DNA of 62,976 nt, filler included, from Reclinomonas americana ATCC 50394 (taxonomy: Eukaryota): assembly GCA_048213135.1 (NCBI GenBank). It is 4 parts of 3 records of this genome, joined end to end, with 100 filler letters (N's around TTAATTAATTAA, not from the genome) between each part and the next. Parts side by side here need not be neighbours in the genome. Positions count along the whole stretch, not along the records: positions 24,202 to 48,863 come from PS015293.1; 3 more parts are not named here. The stretch is one strand, 5' to 3'. Below, one piece after another: positions 24,102 through 35,066 of this stretch (the stretch's first letter is position 1; each line of letters starts with the position of its first letter). A model generated the notes under the pieces. The model was given only the letters and a program-made list of their open reading frames with translations, searched no databases and was not told where the DNA came from. A program made the translations under genes and the position numbers.

Positions 24102-24201
24102 NNNNNNNNNNNNNNNNNNNNNNNNNNNNNNNNNNNNNNNNNNNNTTAATTAATTAANNNNNNNNNNNNNNNNNNNNNNNNNNNNNNNNNNNNNNNNNNN
24201 N
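24102..24201. other. Artificial scaffold-join linker
   Basis: N-run, TTAATTAATTAA (stops in all six frames), N-run. Confidence 0.97.
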
Positions 24202-24258
24202 TTAATGTTTCTTGCAAGCAGCATGTACATTAGAAGCTAGTTGGGATTGGTGGATCAC

Positions 24259-26080
24259 CTAGGGGGCGGCAGGCACGGGACCACCACTGTCGTCAAGGCC
24301 CAGCTCAAAGAGGCGGTGTTTTTCCATGGCTATTTCGTACAACTTTTTCATCTCCCGCGCCAGGCGCGCAATGATCTTGTTGTACAGTTGGAAACTGTCG
24401 GCAACACGGGTGAGCCAATCAAGACACGAGTTTTTTTTTCCGAGGTGGCACACGATTGTTGGAACGCAACGATTCGCCCTTGTGCTTGATTTCGGCCACT
24501 ACGTCGTCAAAGTATATTGGATCACCGACGACAATAGTCACTCGATTGCCAGTGGCAGGAATGCTGGAGCCCTTGGGCATCACCTGCAGTACACCCAATG
24601 GTGAGGGGCATTTGAAGGAAGCGGTGGCGGCGACTGACACATGCACACCTTGTTCATGTTGATGTGAATGATGGGCAGCACCACTGGCGGTATCTTGGCA
24701 CCAAGAATCAACTTGCCAATGCCGGGCTTGAGGGAGCCCATCTGGCCGTCTGGGTGGCGAGTGCCCTCGGGGAAGATGTGAATCCAGTCGCCACTGTCCA
24801 GTTTGTGGATGGCGTGGTACATGTACTGCGGGAGCCAAAACAATAAATGTCAGCGAACTCAACAACACATTCTTCGGCAGAGCGTGCCAACCTTTTGCTC
24901 AAGTCCAGCGCCACGCTCCACCGGCAGCACCTTGATTGTGCGGAACAAGTTGCTCAGCGCCTCACCCCTGCGCACGCACCAGGGATGAGCCAGACAGACA
25001 CCCCACCGACATGAAGCACACACGCAACTTGTTGAAACAGCGATCGGTGGCGCACATGGCCCATCGGATCTGCTTCGAGTCCATGAGGTACGGCAGCGGA
25101 GAGAGCGCCGCAAGCACAGCCGGATCGTCCACCGACGACGTGTGGTTGCTGACAGTGATCAAACCGCGTCCCTGTGGAAAAACAAGAAATCAGAAAACGT
25201 GAGATTGCATCTCCTGTGCTTTCTTCTTGCTCGCGCCGACACCGCTCACCTCTGGTCGATGATACAGCGCCTGATAGAACTTCTCCAAGCCGTGAAAGTG
25301 CGTGTCGTTGAGTACTTGCAAGTACAACTTGCAGACCATGGCGATAAAGACCACCAGGCTCACACGAATCGTGTCAAACAACACGCGCTTCTCGGAGCGC
25401 CACCGACGCGCGGCCGCCGCATACGACGAGCGCGCGTGCCCAGTGCTCGACTCCAACTCGTTGTCGAAACGCGAGTACAGGCACGGAAGTCCAGACGACA
25501 CAAATGGCACTGTAAACACGGACTGGCGCGTGGAAACCGCAGGAGGAGTCGAAGATGAAGACGACGGCGAGGATGGTAATGAGGGCGACGGAGGCGGAGG
25601 CGGCGTGGTCGTTCGCGGTGGAATCAGCAACACTGACGGAAAATGAATCGATTGTTGAGATCACTCTCTGTGTGATGTGCGAGAGATGCGCACACACAAG
25701 ACACAAAGACACACACCATCATCATCCTCCGCGGCATTCTCATCCTCCTCCCAGCGCTTCTCCTCGCGAGATGCGCGTGACTGCGGATGATGATGCTGCT
25801 GCTGATGATGATGTGCGTCACTACTATTCCTCACACTGTCACCCCCAGTGTCGTCGTCCGCACTCAGAAACGCCAGCGCAGGCGCTCGTAAGCACATTCG
25901 CCATCGCCACCACTGCGCAAGCGCCTCGTGTCTCTGTCTCTCTACGTGTGTTGTTGTTGTTGTTGCGCATGATGATGATGACGATGAGCTCATCAGTGAC
26001 GCGCTCGCCACTGCGCTGGCTCCGGCGAGTGCAGAGGCCGCGTGTGGCGCACACCACAGCCTCCGCACGAGCCACCACAT
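24259..26080 (-). CDS. TAZ: Tafazzin (phospholipid transacylase) with long N-terminal extension
   Basis: ITVSNHTSSVDDP (HxxxxD), RWAMCATDRCF, KVLPVERGAG, WIHIFPEG, KPGIGKLI. The start is tentatively MWWLVRRL at 26080. Confidence 0.9.
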
Positions 26081-26131
26081 TCGTGCAAACAAGACAGACG
26101 GGGATGAGCGCGCACAGGACACATGACACTC

Positions 26132-27031
26132 TCACGTCTTCACTGCCGCTGGCTGCGGTGGAACTATTGCTGCTACAACGTCTGCAGACAACAGCAATGG
26201 CGGCTCTTCTGTTTCCGGCACCTCTAGCGCATACACCAAATCGTCGCTTGTCTCGTCGAGCACAGCGTCGCCGACAAGATCGGAAAAGCCGGAGCCCGGC
26301 TGCCACTCAACCCACAGCTCGCCTCCAGGCACCAAGACGCGCACTGGCGAGTGCATGCCATAGCGCAGCATGCCGACGGCGGCCGAGGCGATGCTTCCGG
26401 TTCCGCAGGCCATGGTCTCGCCAGCTCCGCGTTCCCAGTGCCGCACGCGCATGGTGTGCTCGTCGACGACCACCACGTAGTGTACATTGACTCCGCGCGT
26501 GAGCTGATGCCGCGGTCGCTGCTCCACCAGGCGGCCCTCGTGCGGCACATCGAGCTGCGCCAGTGCCTGCTCCGAGTCGACGCGAACCACGACGTGCGGA
26601 TTTCCCATGTCGACAAACGTCTCCTCTCGCTCTGTCGTGTCTTCCACGTGCGGCTCCCGCATGCGCACAGCTATGCGCCCGTCCTCGCGCACCTCCACCA
26701 GCACCTCGCCCGCCAGTGTCTCCAGCACAGTCCGCCCGCCGAGATACCGCCCCACACATCGTGCTCCATTGCCGCACATCTCCGCCTCGCCTCCATCGGC
26801 GTTGATGATGCGCAGACGACATGTGGCTTCACGCTGACTCCTGCTGCTCACTGTCACCGGCAACAGCACAAGCAGACCGTCGACTCCCCCAGCTTGTCGC
26901 ATGAGATCGACCGAGGCCGGCGAGGACACAAGCGCGTCCACGCTGCTTGGCGAGGCCCACTGGCGAGCGTCGACCAGCACAAACGTGTTGCGAGTGCCGT
27001 GCAGGCGAACGTACTTCACCTCGCGGAACAT
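26132..27031 (-). CDS. dapF: Diaminopimelate epimerase (intronless)
   Basis: LHGTRNTFVLVD, NADGGEAEMCGNGARC, DMGNPHVV and WERGAGETMACGTG; both catalytic Cys present. Confidence 0.96.
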   Translation of the reverse strand: MFREVKYVRLHGTRNTFVLVDARQWASPSSVDALVSSPASVDLMRQAGGVDGLLVLLPVTVSSRSQREATCRLRIINADGGEAEMCGNGARCVGRYLGGRTVLETLAGEVLVEVREDGRIAVRMREPHVEDTTEREETFVDMGNPHVVVRVDSEQALAQLDVPHEGRLVEQRPRHQLTRGVNVHYVVVVDEHTMRVRHWERGAGETMACGTGSIASAAVGMLRYGMHSPVRVLVPGGELWVEWQPGSGFSDLVGDAVLDETSDDLVYALEVPETEEPPLLLSADVVAAIVPPQPAAVKT

Positions 27032-27123
27032 GATTGGATAGGAGTGGAGAGCAGACGATGCTCGCTTTGGTTTGTCTCCGTTCTATTCTTCGCTCACTCG
27101 TGTGCGTGTGTGAGCGTTGAAGG

Positions 27124-28040
27124 ATGAGCTTCGGCGTGTCGTTCTTATGTAGGCAAGCGGCAACGTACACAGTGGCGGCACAGATTCTGCGGCGACTGCC
27201 GATTGTGCCCGTGTACATACGAGTACCGTTGGCGTTGATGTCAAGTTGAGCAAACCGTCACTCTCACTCACACACGCGCACACACGCAACACACAGACAG
27301 AGTGGTGATCGAGCATGTGAGCTATAGAGAGAGCGAAAGAGAGGCGTGCGCGCGCGCGCGTGGAACCAGAAACAGACTCTTGTTGATCATTCATCTTCTC
27401 CCCCACAGGCTCCGCCTTCATGAGCGCCATCTCGTCTGTGGGTGGCGTGGTGTTGCGACGCAGTGCGGCGGGCGCGTACGTGGTTCTGCGATACGCCGTG
27501 CGTGGCACTCTGTATGGTGCCTCGCGACTCTGCGGTTTCCTCGTGCGCTCTCTGGGCCTTTCACGCTCTTCGTCATCAACGACTGGTGGAGGAGAAGAAG
27601 GAGAAGAAGGAGAAGAGGGCTTTGAGATGGTGGAGATTGTTGATGGAGAGGTGACGACGACGACGGTGGGAAGGGATGATGATGATGAGGTCGACGATCG
27701 GGTGACCAAGGCGGCAGCGCGCGACGCAGTGCGTATCATCATCACGGAGCTGGAGGATGGGTACCAGTTGGTGCGCGTGGAGGTGCCGAGCGATGGGGAG
27801 CAGTTGGTACGCGAGTTGGAGGAGCACATTGCAGCGTCGCATGCCACCGATGAGGTGAAGCGAGTCGATTACGAGGTGATTGACGACGATGAAGCAGCAG
27901 CAGCAGCAACGGAGGCGAGAGGATCCGAGTCGCCGCCACGCGGTCAGCTGCAGGGAAAATGGGGAACCGCCGTCTTCCGACCGGCGTCGCAGTCGATGAG
28001 AGTGCTGGAGGATTACTTTGCGGCGAGAGACGATGGTTGA
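27124..28040 (+). CDS. Hypothetical protein (basic/hydrophobic N-terminus, acidic C-terminus)
   Basis: ATG at 27124; intron near 27245-27408 joins in frame to the 206-aa ORF. Confidence 0.65.
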
Positions 28041-28213
28041 TCGCGCGCCGCGAATGCCAGAGCGTTGTGGTATTGATGTTGTAAAGTAAACTGTAAAGTG
28101 TGTATGGCCATCATCGTTTGTTTACGCACGTTTCTCGCCTCGAACCTCCGTCATCTGACAACTTCGCGAATCAGACGACATTGAAATCCGGCGTTTTCTT
28201 GCAGTGGGCAAGA

Positions 28214-30596
28214 ATGGTGCTGTGCCCTCCACTGACTGTGTGTCTTCCGCGCATGCACTCACCACGCGCGTCGCACACAGGCCACTCTTCGTGTCCGTCT
28301 CGCCAATCATGTCGAGAATGGTGATCATTGTTGTGCTCACATGTGTGTGTCGTCTCCTTCTCATCCTTTCCCACACACACAGTACAATGTGATCTCGAGT
28401 GCACTGTGGACGACTTGTGCGCTGGTGAGCTTCCTCTCTCTTCCGTCTCGACAAGACTGCGATGATTCTTCCACGCGTGTCACGAGCGGGAGGACGATTC
28501 CTCCCTTCTTGCGCTCTCTTTCCTCTCTTTGTGTTGTTCCGTGCGTGTGTGTGTAAGAGAGAGCGAGAGAGTGTGTGTGTGAGCAAGAGGAATCACACAG
28601 TTTCGCGCAGTCGTCGCTGCTCTGTTCGCTGTCGAGGACGGCTACTACGTGGAGCTTGTTTCGCGAGGCCGTGTTCTCGGACCCGGTGACTCCACGCTCT
28701 ACGAGTGCGGCTTGCAAGACAACTCAGCTGTGATGGTCCGCAAGCGCAAGCTCGTGTTGCCGGTCGTGCGCAGCGCCGAGCAGCTGGCGCCACCATTGGA
28801 GGCAGGTGAAGAAGAGGAGGAAGTGGTGCCCGACGACGCCGTGTTTGCAATGTCGGAGCTGCCGATGGCTCCTCTGCCGCCTCCGCCTGTGAGCCACGCG
28901 GATGTGCGCGAGGTGCATACGGTGCCGTCGGTGGTGTCGGCGGCCGCCGATCATGCCGAGTATATGGCCCGCCTTCGCGAGGGCATTTGTGTGGTGATCG
29001 TGTTTCGCGACGTGGCGCACACCGGTGCGTCGAATCGTTTCATCCACACGCATGTTATGTCGCCAGCAGGGTGGCTCACTTTGCATCGTCGTCGCAGTGC
29101 AATGCCATACGTGGAACACGGTCAGCGAGCTGAAGCGAGGTACTGGATTATTTTTGTACATGGCTCCGATAGACGAGGTATTCACACTCTTGTGTGTCCA
29201 CAGAGTGTCGACGAGTATATCGAGAGGTGGAGTTGCTACGGGACGATGAGCTGCGACTTGAATTCCAACGCACGGCACTGGACGACGCGGCGCGACTGGT
29301 GGACTGCGGGATTGCTGCAAACAGTGCGCTGCAGCTGCATGCAAATATTCTGCCAGCAGCAGCAGCAGCAGCAACAACAGCAGCAGCAGCGCCGGAACCA
29401 ATCCCACCACCGCAGTTTCGTCTTCATCTCATGGTTCTCCCTTTCCCGGCCGTCGCTCACTTGCCTGTTGCAGCGATGCTAGCGATGGGGAGCACTTGGA
29501 CCACGAACCGTTGCTTACGCCGCAGCATGACCATCCACTTGGCCAGCCGCTCCTTGTTCCACCACCGCCGCCGGTAGGCCCGTCGGCCGACTCTGATTCA
29601 CACTCGGCAACCTCGTCGTCGGCGGACATGCTGCCGGCCTCACGTCCACCACCGCGGCCCGGCCGTCGTCGAGAACGTGATTTTGCGGTGCTGTTGGATC
29701 CTCGCGGAGGAGGACGAGCGGAAGCTTCGCCGGCGATGGACTGGTACCAGAGCCTGATGGAGGAGGCTGTGCGCCGGCGAGTTCTCGAGCAGCAACAACG
29801 CCAACAGCAGCAAGTGCTGCAGCAGAACTTGATGTTTGCTCGAGGGTCGGAATACGACGAGGCCGGTGGACGTCGCGGCAGCCTGCAGGCCGACCGAGTC
29901 CAGCTGTTGCCGCCACCAGCGGGAGCGGCAGCAGCAGCACCGATGATTATGCCTCAGCCAGTCGGCGCCGCCGCCGCCGCAGCGCGACGGAGACCGGTTC
30001 GTGTGCCGGCACACGCCGTCCGGCCACGCAAGTGTGCATGCTGTGCTCGAGCCGGCTGCTGCAACATTCGCTGGTGGTGGGCCGTGATCCTGTACTGGCT
30101 GGTGGTGCTGACGCTGTCGGCGGCTACCTGCTACATCTGGTACTATGGCTACGGCAATCCGTTCAACGGCACCGTGTGGCTGGCACTCTCCATCGAGGCC
30201 GTCAGCGTACCGCTGCTGGTGCTGCTGAGCATGGCATGCTGGCGGACGTGGGGTCGCCTGGTCGTCAACATGATCCTGGTGGCCATGTGCATCGCGTGCG
30301 ACGTTGTCGCCATGGTGTTCATCGGCACATGGGTCGCCTACGACGTCAACTACTCGTTCTACGTGCCCGGCTACGTGTGGGTCACCTGGTTCTACCTCAA
30401 CGCTCTGGTGGCGATCCTCTCCACGCTCGCGCACTGCTGCTATCTCAATCGCGATCCGCGTCTCGATCGCGTACGCCCGGGTGTCGGCATGACCGAGGAG
30501 ACGTGGCTGCGATACGGCCGGCTCGAGGAAAATCAAGGGCCAAGAAACGGTGGCGGCGCGTACGGCGCCCTGGGTGCCAATAGGAGAAGAGTCTAG
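28214..30596 (+). CDS. Protein with two ubiquitin-like domains and a C-terminal ~4-TM domain
   Basis: Ubl1 is MATLRVRL..TVDDLC..ELVSRGRVL..TLYECGLQDNSAV; Ubl2 is TVSELKR..LRLEFQRTALDDAARLVDCGIAANSAL. Intron 29415-29473 joins these to the 366-aa hydrophobic ORF. Confidence 0.7.
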
Positions 30597-30883
30597 TGCT
30601 ATAAACATACATGTGAGAACTGTTTGCAACGAAACCGCAATCGTGCTTGAAGAGGGAAGTGAGAACACGATGAATGATCGCGCACGCCATTGCGTCCCGT
30701 GTCCGCGGTCATCGTATCTTCAAGAAAGTTTCTCACGCGCGCTCACTCCTGTCGAACATGTGGCCTGGTGGAAGAGTGCGTGTGCGCTTTGTGCTTGCAC
30801 TGCGCGTCGCCCATTGCTTGGACACTCACAGTATCTCTGATCATTAGAACCCGGCGGAAGACGTCGCGCGTCAAGCAGCGCAG

Positions 30884-33800
30884 ATGCAGCAGCACATGCA
30901 AGCCTCACAGGCCATGTACAGTGCGGGAATGCCAGGCTACGGAGGTGAGTGTGCGTGTGTGTGTTTGTGTTCATCAGTGAGTGATTGACCATCATCTATT
31001 CCTCCGCAGCAGCGGCGTATCCCACAATGCCGTATGGATTCGGGCCCGCACAGTTCGCACCCTCGCCACAACCCGGCTCACCTGCCGGCTACGGTGCTCC
31101 AGCGGGGTATCCGTATCCCCCACAGTCGCACTATCCGGGGTATGCTCCGCCGATTACCACGCCCGTATACTCTGCTGCCGCCGGGTACATGATGCCGGGC
31201 GTGGCTCCGAGCCCTGCGTCGTCCGCAAGCGTGCAGTTGCCTTCGTCGCCTACGTCACCCACCTCACCGGGGACACCGTCTTCCATGTCGTCGAGATCCG
31301 CTGCTGCTGGTGGATCGTCGCCGTCATCGGTGGCCGGATCGAGACTGGCACACAGTCGCATCATGCAGCCGCTGTCGGTGCGCGTGGTCCCGCGACTGGC
31401 CAACGCTGGGCAGCAAGTCGGCCGTCTCATGTCGGGTGCGTGCTTGCGTGTCTGTTTCCCTGGATCTTCGCTGTTCTCCCAGTCCTTATTCTCCGCGGTC
31501 NNNNNNNNNNNNNNNNNNNNGGTCGTCCCTCCTTCTTCGCCTCCCGCATTTACCGCGCCTCCGACCCCCGCTGCTGTGGCACCTCCGCCCGCCGCTGTCA
31601 TCGCACCTCCGCCCCCTGTTGCTGTGGCACCTCCACCCCCCGCAGCTCCGCCACACGTGCCAGTGGCCGCACCACCGCCAACACCAGTTGCAGTGCCCAC
31701 GGCCCAAGCTCCGGCTGCGGTGGTGCCGTACCGGCAGACAGGCGTCTTGTCTGAGTCTTCGGGCTCTGCTCGCTTGCTCCGAGCCAAACGCCAGTCCGGC
31801 GTCGAGGATGAACCAGTTGAGTGCTGCCGGTATCATGATATGCAGTGTGAGACACTCACGCGATGCGTGCGCGATGCGCAGGAGGTGGTGGTGAAAGTGT
31901 TTGATCGACAACACCGAGCGCTCTTCGAACACGAACGCCGCGTGCTGCAGGCTATGCGTCGGTCGATTCCGCTCTACGCTGTGCGCCTGCTGGATGTGTT
32001 GGAGAACTACTCACCGGGAGAAGACGCGCTGGTGCTGCAGCTCGGCAAGGTGTCGGTCGCCGAGCGCCTCGAGTTCCACGGCGACAGGTGCATGGCGGCG
32101 CGTCGTCTTTGTGATGCTGGAACTTTTATGACTGATACCTCTTGCAGCTTGTCGCTCACGGAGCGGCGTGCACTCATCTCGCACATGTTCAAGTGTGTTC
32201 AACAACTGCACGAGAGCACAAACTACGTGTGGACCGACTGCAAACCGGCCAATGTTGCGTCTTCAGCGTGAGAAGTGTCCGTGTACCGACCTGCTGTTGA
32301 TTTGTGTGTGTATGCAGTTTGTCTTTTTCGACGATGACGATCGTCGAAAGCCGGAGCGGATGTGCATGATCGATTTTGATAGCGCCGTCGAGCGTGGTGT
32401 GTTACCAACTATATCGCTCTCGTTGTCATTCGCGGCATTGTCACTCATGTGGAGCGATGCAGGGGAGGTTGCCGTCGGTGTCTGGACTCCTGCGTATGGT
32501 GAGTGTATGCGTTCGTGGGACTACACTTCCCTGTCATTTCATTCAACGGTGTCCCTTCCCGCAGCGCCCCCTGAGCGATTCCTGGCGGAGCGCAGTGGCA
32601 CACCATTCTTGGCACAGCCGAGCAGCGACGTGTGGGCTCTCGGCATCGCGGCACTGGAGGTTCTCTCCGGCTCCATCTGGTTCCGCGCCAAGGGCATTGA
32701 TGTCAGCCAGCTCAGCACTGTGCTGTCGGACCGTGCTCGAGTGGAGTCGGTGCGTGCTTGCATCAACATTCATACTGCATCTCGTTGCTTGCTTGCCTTC
32801 TCACGAGCGAAAGCGCAGATGTTCTCCAAGGACTCGCTGATGCAAGCATACAGTCTGCCAGCCGAGTTCGCCAGTCTTCTCTCCAGAATGCTGGTGTTTG
32901 ATCCACTGGATCGACCCACCGTGAATGGTCTGCTGCAGCGCGACGCCGTGTTCACGGGCGCTTCGTACACGCAGAGTGTGATGGGAACGTGCGTCGTCTT
33001 GCTTGCTTTCGCGAACTGTTATTGCTGTTGTCGCTAATCGCCGTCCGCTTGCTGACAGGCTGGTGAATACCACCACTGAAATTCGTCGAGGCCAGTCGGG
33101 TGAGTCACTGCTGCTCACATCAGGCTCTTCTGCACAGTTGTTTCTCACTGTGCGTTAACGTGGTCGCAGAGATCTTGAATGCGGTGGCGCAGCAGGCGCT
33201 GAACCGATGCCCGTCACTGTGCTTTGTGCTGCCGGAAAGAATGGACACGTGGTTTACTCGTACTGTGGCGCGCTTCAGTCCTCACGAGAAGTTGCGTCTG
33301 TGCATTCTCATTTGTGTGATCATTGTGTGTTTGTCGTCTCACTGTCGCACAGGTTCCGTCTGTTTGTGTTTTGCGAGTTCCAGGCCGTTTTGCCGGCATC
33401 GTTGTTCCCTACCGCCAGTGGCTTCCCAGTGGTGCGCCCTTCTGCGATGTTGTTCGTTGCTCCAGAATCGAAGCTGATTTGCGTGTTGGTCCACAGGGCG
33501 AGCAGCGCGTTCGCGTGACGCCGCTGTGGCACTCGACGGGACACGATGGAGTGAAACTGGTCCGCGAGAAGGAATGGTGGTTGAAGCTGTCCAAGATCGT
33601 TGTCCCGGCACTGAAGGTGGCCGGCTTCATGGCGCGTGTTGGGCAGGCGGTGAGTTGTGGCTGCATGTGCGGCACCAAAGATCTGCAGTGCTAACATGGA
33701 TGGTGCAGTGCGGTTTCCCCATTCCGGATCTGTCGGGCTTTGTGGCCAATGCGAAGGAGTCCTTTAACAGTTGCGCGCACAGCATGTAGTCAACCTGCGC

Positions 33801-34959
33801 GGATGTGATGCTAACAAACGAGTTGTTCTCTCGCAGCCATTGTCAACGAGCTGCGCTGCGAGCAGAGCATCGACGGTCTGGCGGATCTGCACGCAAGGTT
33901 GGTTGTGTTGCTTCCTGATGCGCATATGTTCGCTGCGTCCGCTGACTTTTGTTGCATAGTGGCGGTGAGCCCTCCGAAACTGTGCTGCCGCAGCGAGTGA
34001 CGGGGTGAGTTGTGGCTCGACACTCGAGTATCATCACAATTCTTGAAAAGCTGAAATATAGCGCGCGTGCACACAGCGAGGCTCTTGAGCAAGCACGCGA
34101 TGTGCTGGGTCTCACCAGCGCGCAACGCACCTCCGTGGCCGGCGTCACAGCCGTGATGGTGACACGCGGCGGTCCAGCCGGTCCAGTGGGCGATTTTTTG
34201 TGGGTGTGCGAAGATCATGCGCGGCTGATCGACGACTGGAACAAGTATCACATTCAGGATGAGATCACCTTCCTCGATCGCGCACTTCGTGTGTGCAACT
34301 GCGGCAGCCACTACATGGAGTTGCGTTTTGCGTAAGTCACACGAGCTGTGGAGCACGCGTGCTGATCCTGTTGATGCAGTCCGTATGGGCCACCTTTGAC
34401 TGCCAGTGGAGTTGCGGCACCCAAGGTGGAGGAAGTGCCCACTGCAGCGGCGCCACCGACGGCGGCGGCGGCGACGGCCTCGTCCCCGACTGCTGGAGCC
34501 AGCGGCAGCGGCAACTTTATGGCAGGTAGTGCCTCCGGTTCGTCGTCACCGGCGGCCACCCCCGAGGTGCGCTCGTGCCTGGTGAAGAAGTTAAGTGCCC
34601 AACTATTATTCTTTCCATTCGCGCTCGTGTCACTGCGGCCGCTGACGAGCGTGTGTTTGAACAGGAAATCCACGGGTATGTTTACGAGTTGGAACGATCG
34701 ATTCCTGGTGTTGGATTCTGCCGCCCGCGCACTGCGGCGCTTCAAGGACTCGTCGTGCAACAAACTGATCGACGTCATGTCACTCGATGGCAAATCGTTT
34801 GCGGCCAGCGAAGTGCGCTGCGAGTTGGCGTTTTTCGAGGCTGGCAATACCGGCAAGCCCGATTCGCACGTGCGCTTCCCCTCCACATCGGAGCTGCAGG
34901 CGTGGTGTCGTGATCTGGAGATTCTCGGCGTGCAACGTGTCAACGTGGATCTCAAGTGA
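30884..34959 (+). CDS. Protein kinase with Pro-rich N-terminus, COR-like helical region and C-terminal PH domain
   Basis: Kinase motifs VVVKVF, VWTDCKPANF, IDFDSA, TPAYAPPE, SDVWALG and RPT; PH-like KSTGMFTSWNDRFLVL...ELQAWCRDL. Confidence 0.85.
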
Positions 34960-35066
34960 CGGAGAGCACAGTGTTAACCACCCCTGCTGTTTATTGATGC
35001 CGGCGTGGAACAACAAACAATAAAAAACACACACACCTGTGTGCGCGAGACGAATTCGGCATTGCA

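Noticed and set aside
24146..24157. TTAATTAATTAA palindrome (also near 48908 and 60874) as a biological element
   Set aside because: It is identical each time, flanked by N-runs and has stops in all frames, so it is a concatenation linker. Genes across it are not neighbours.
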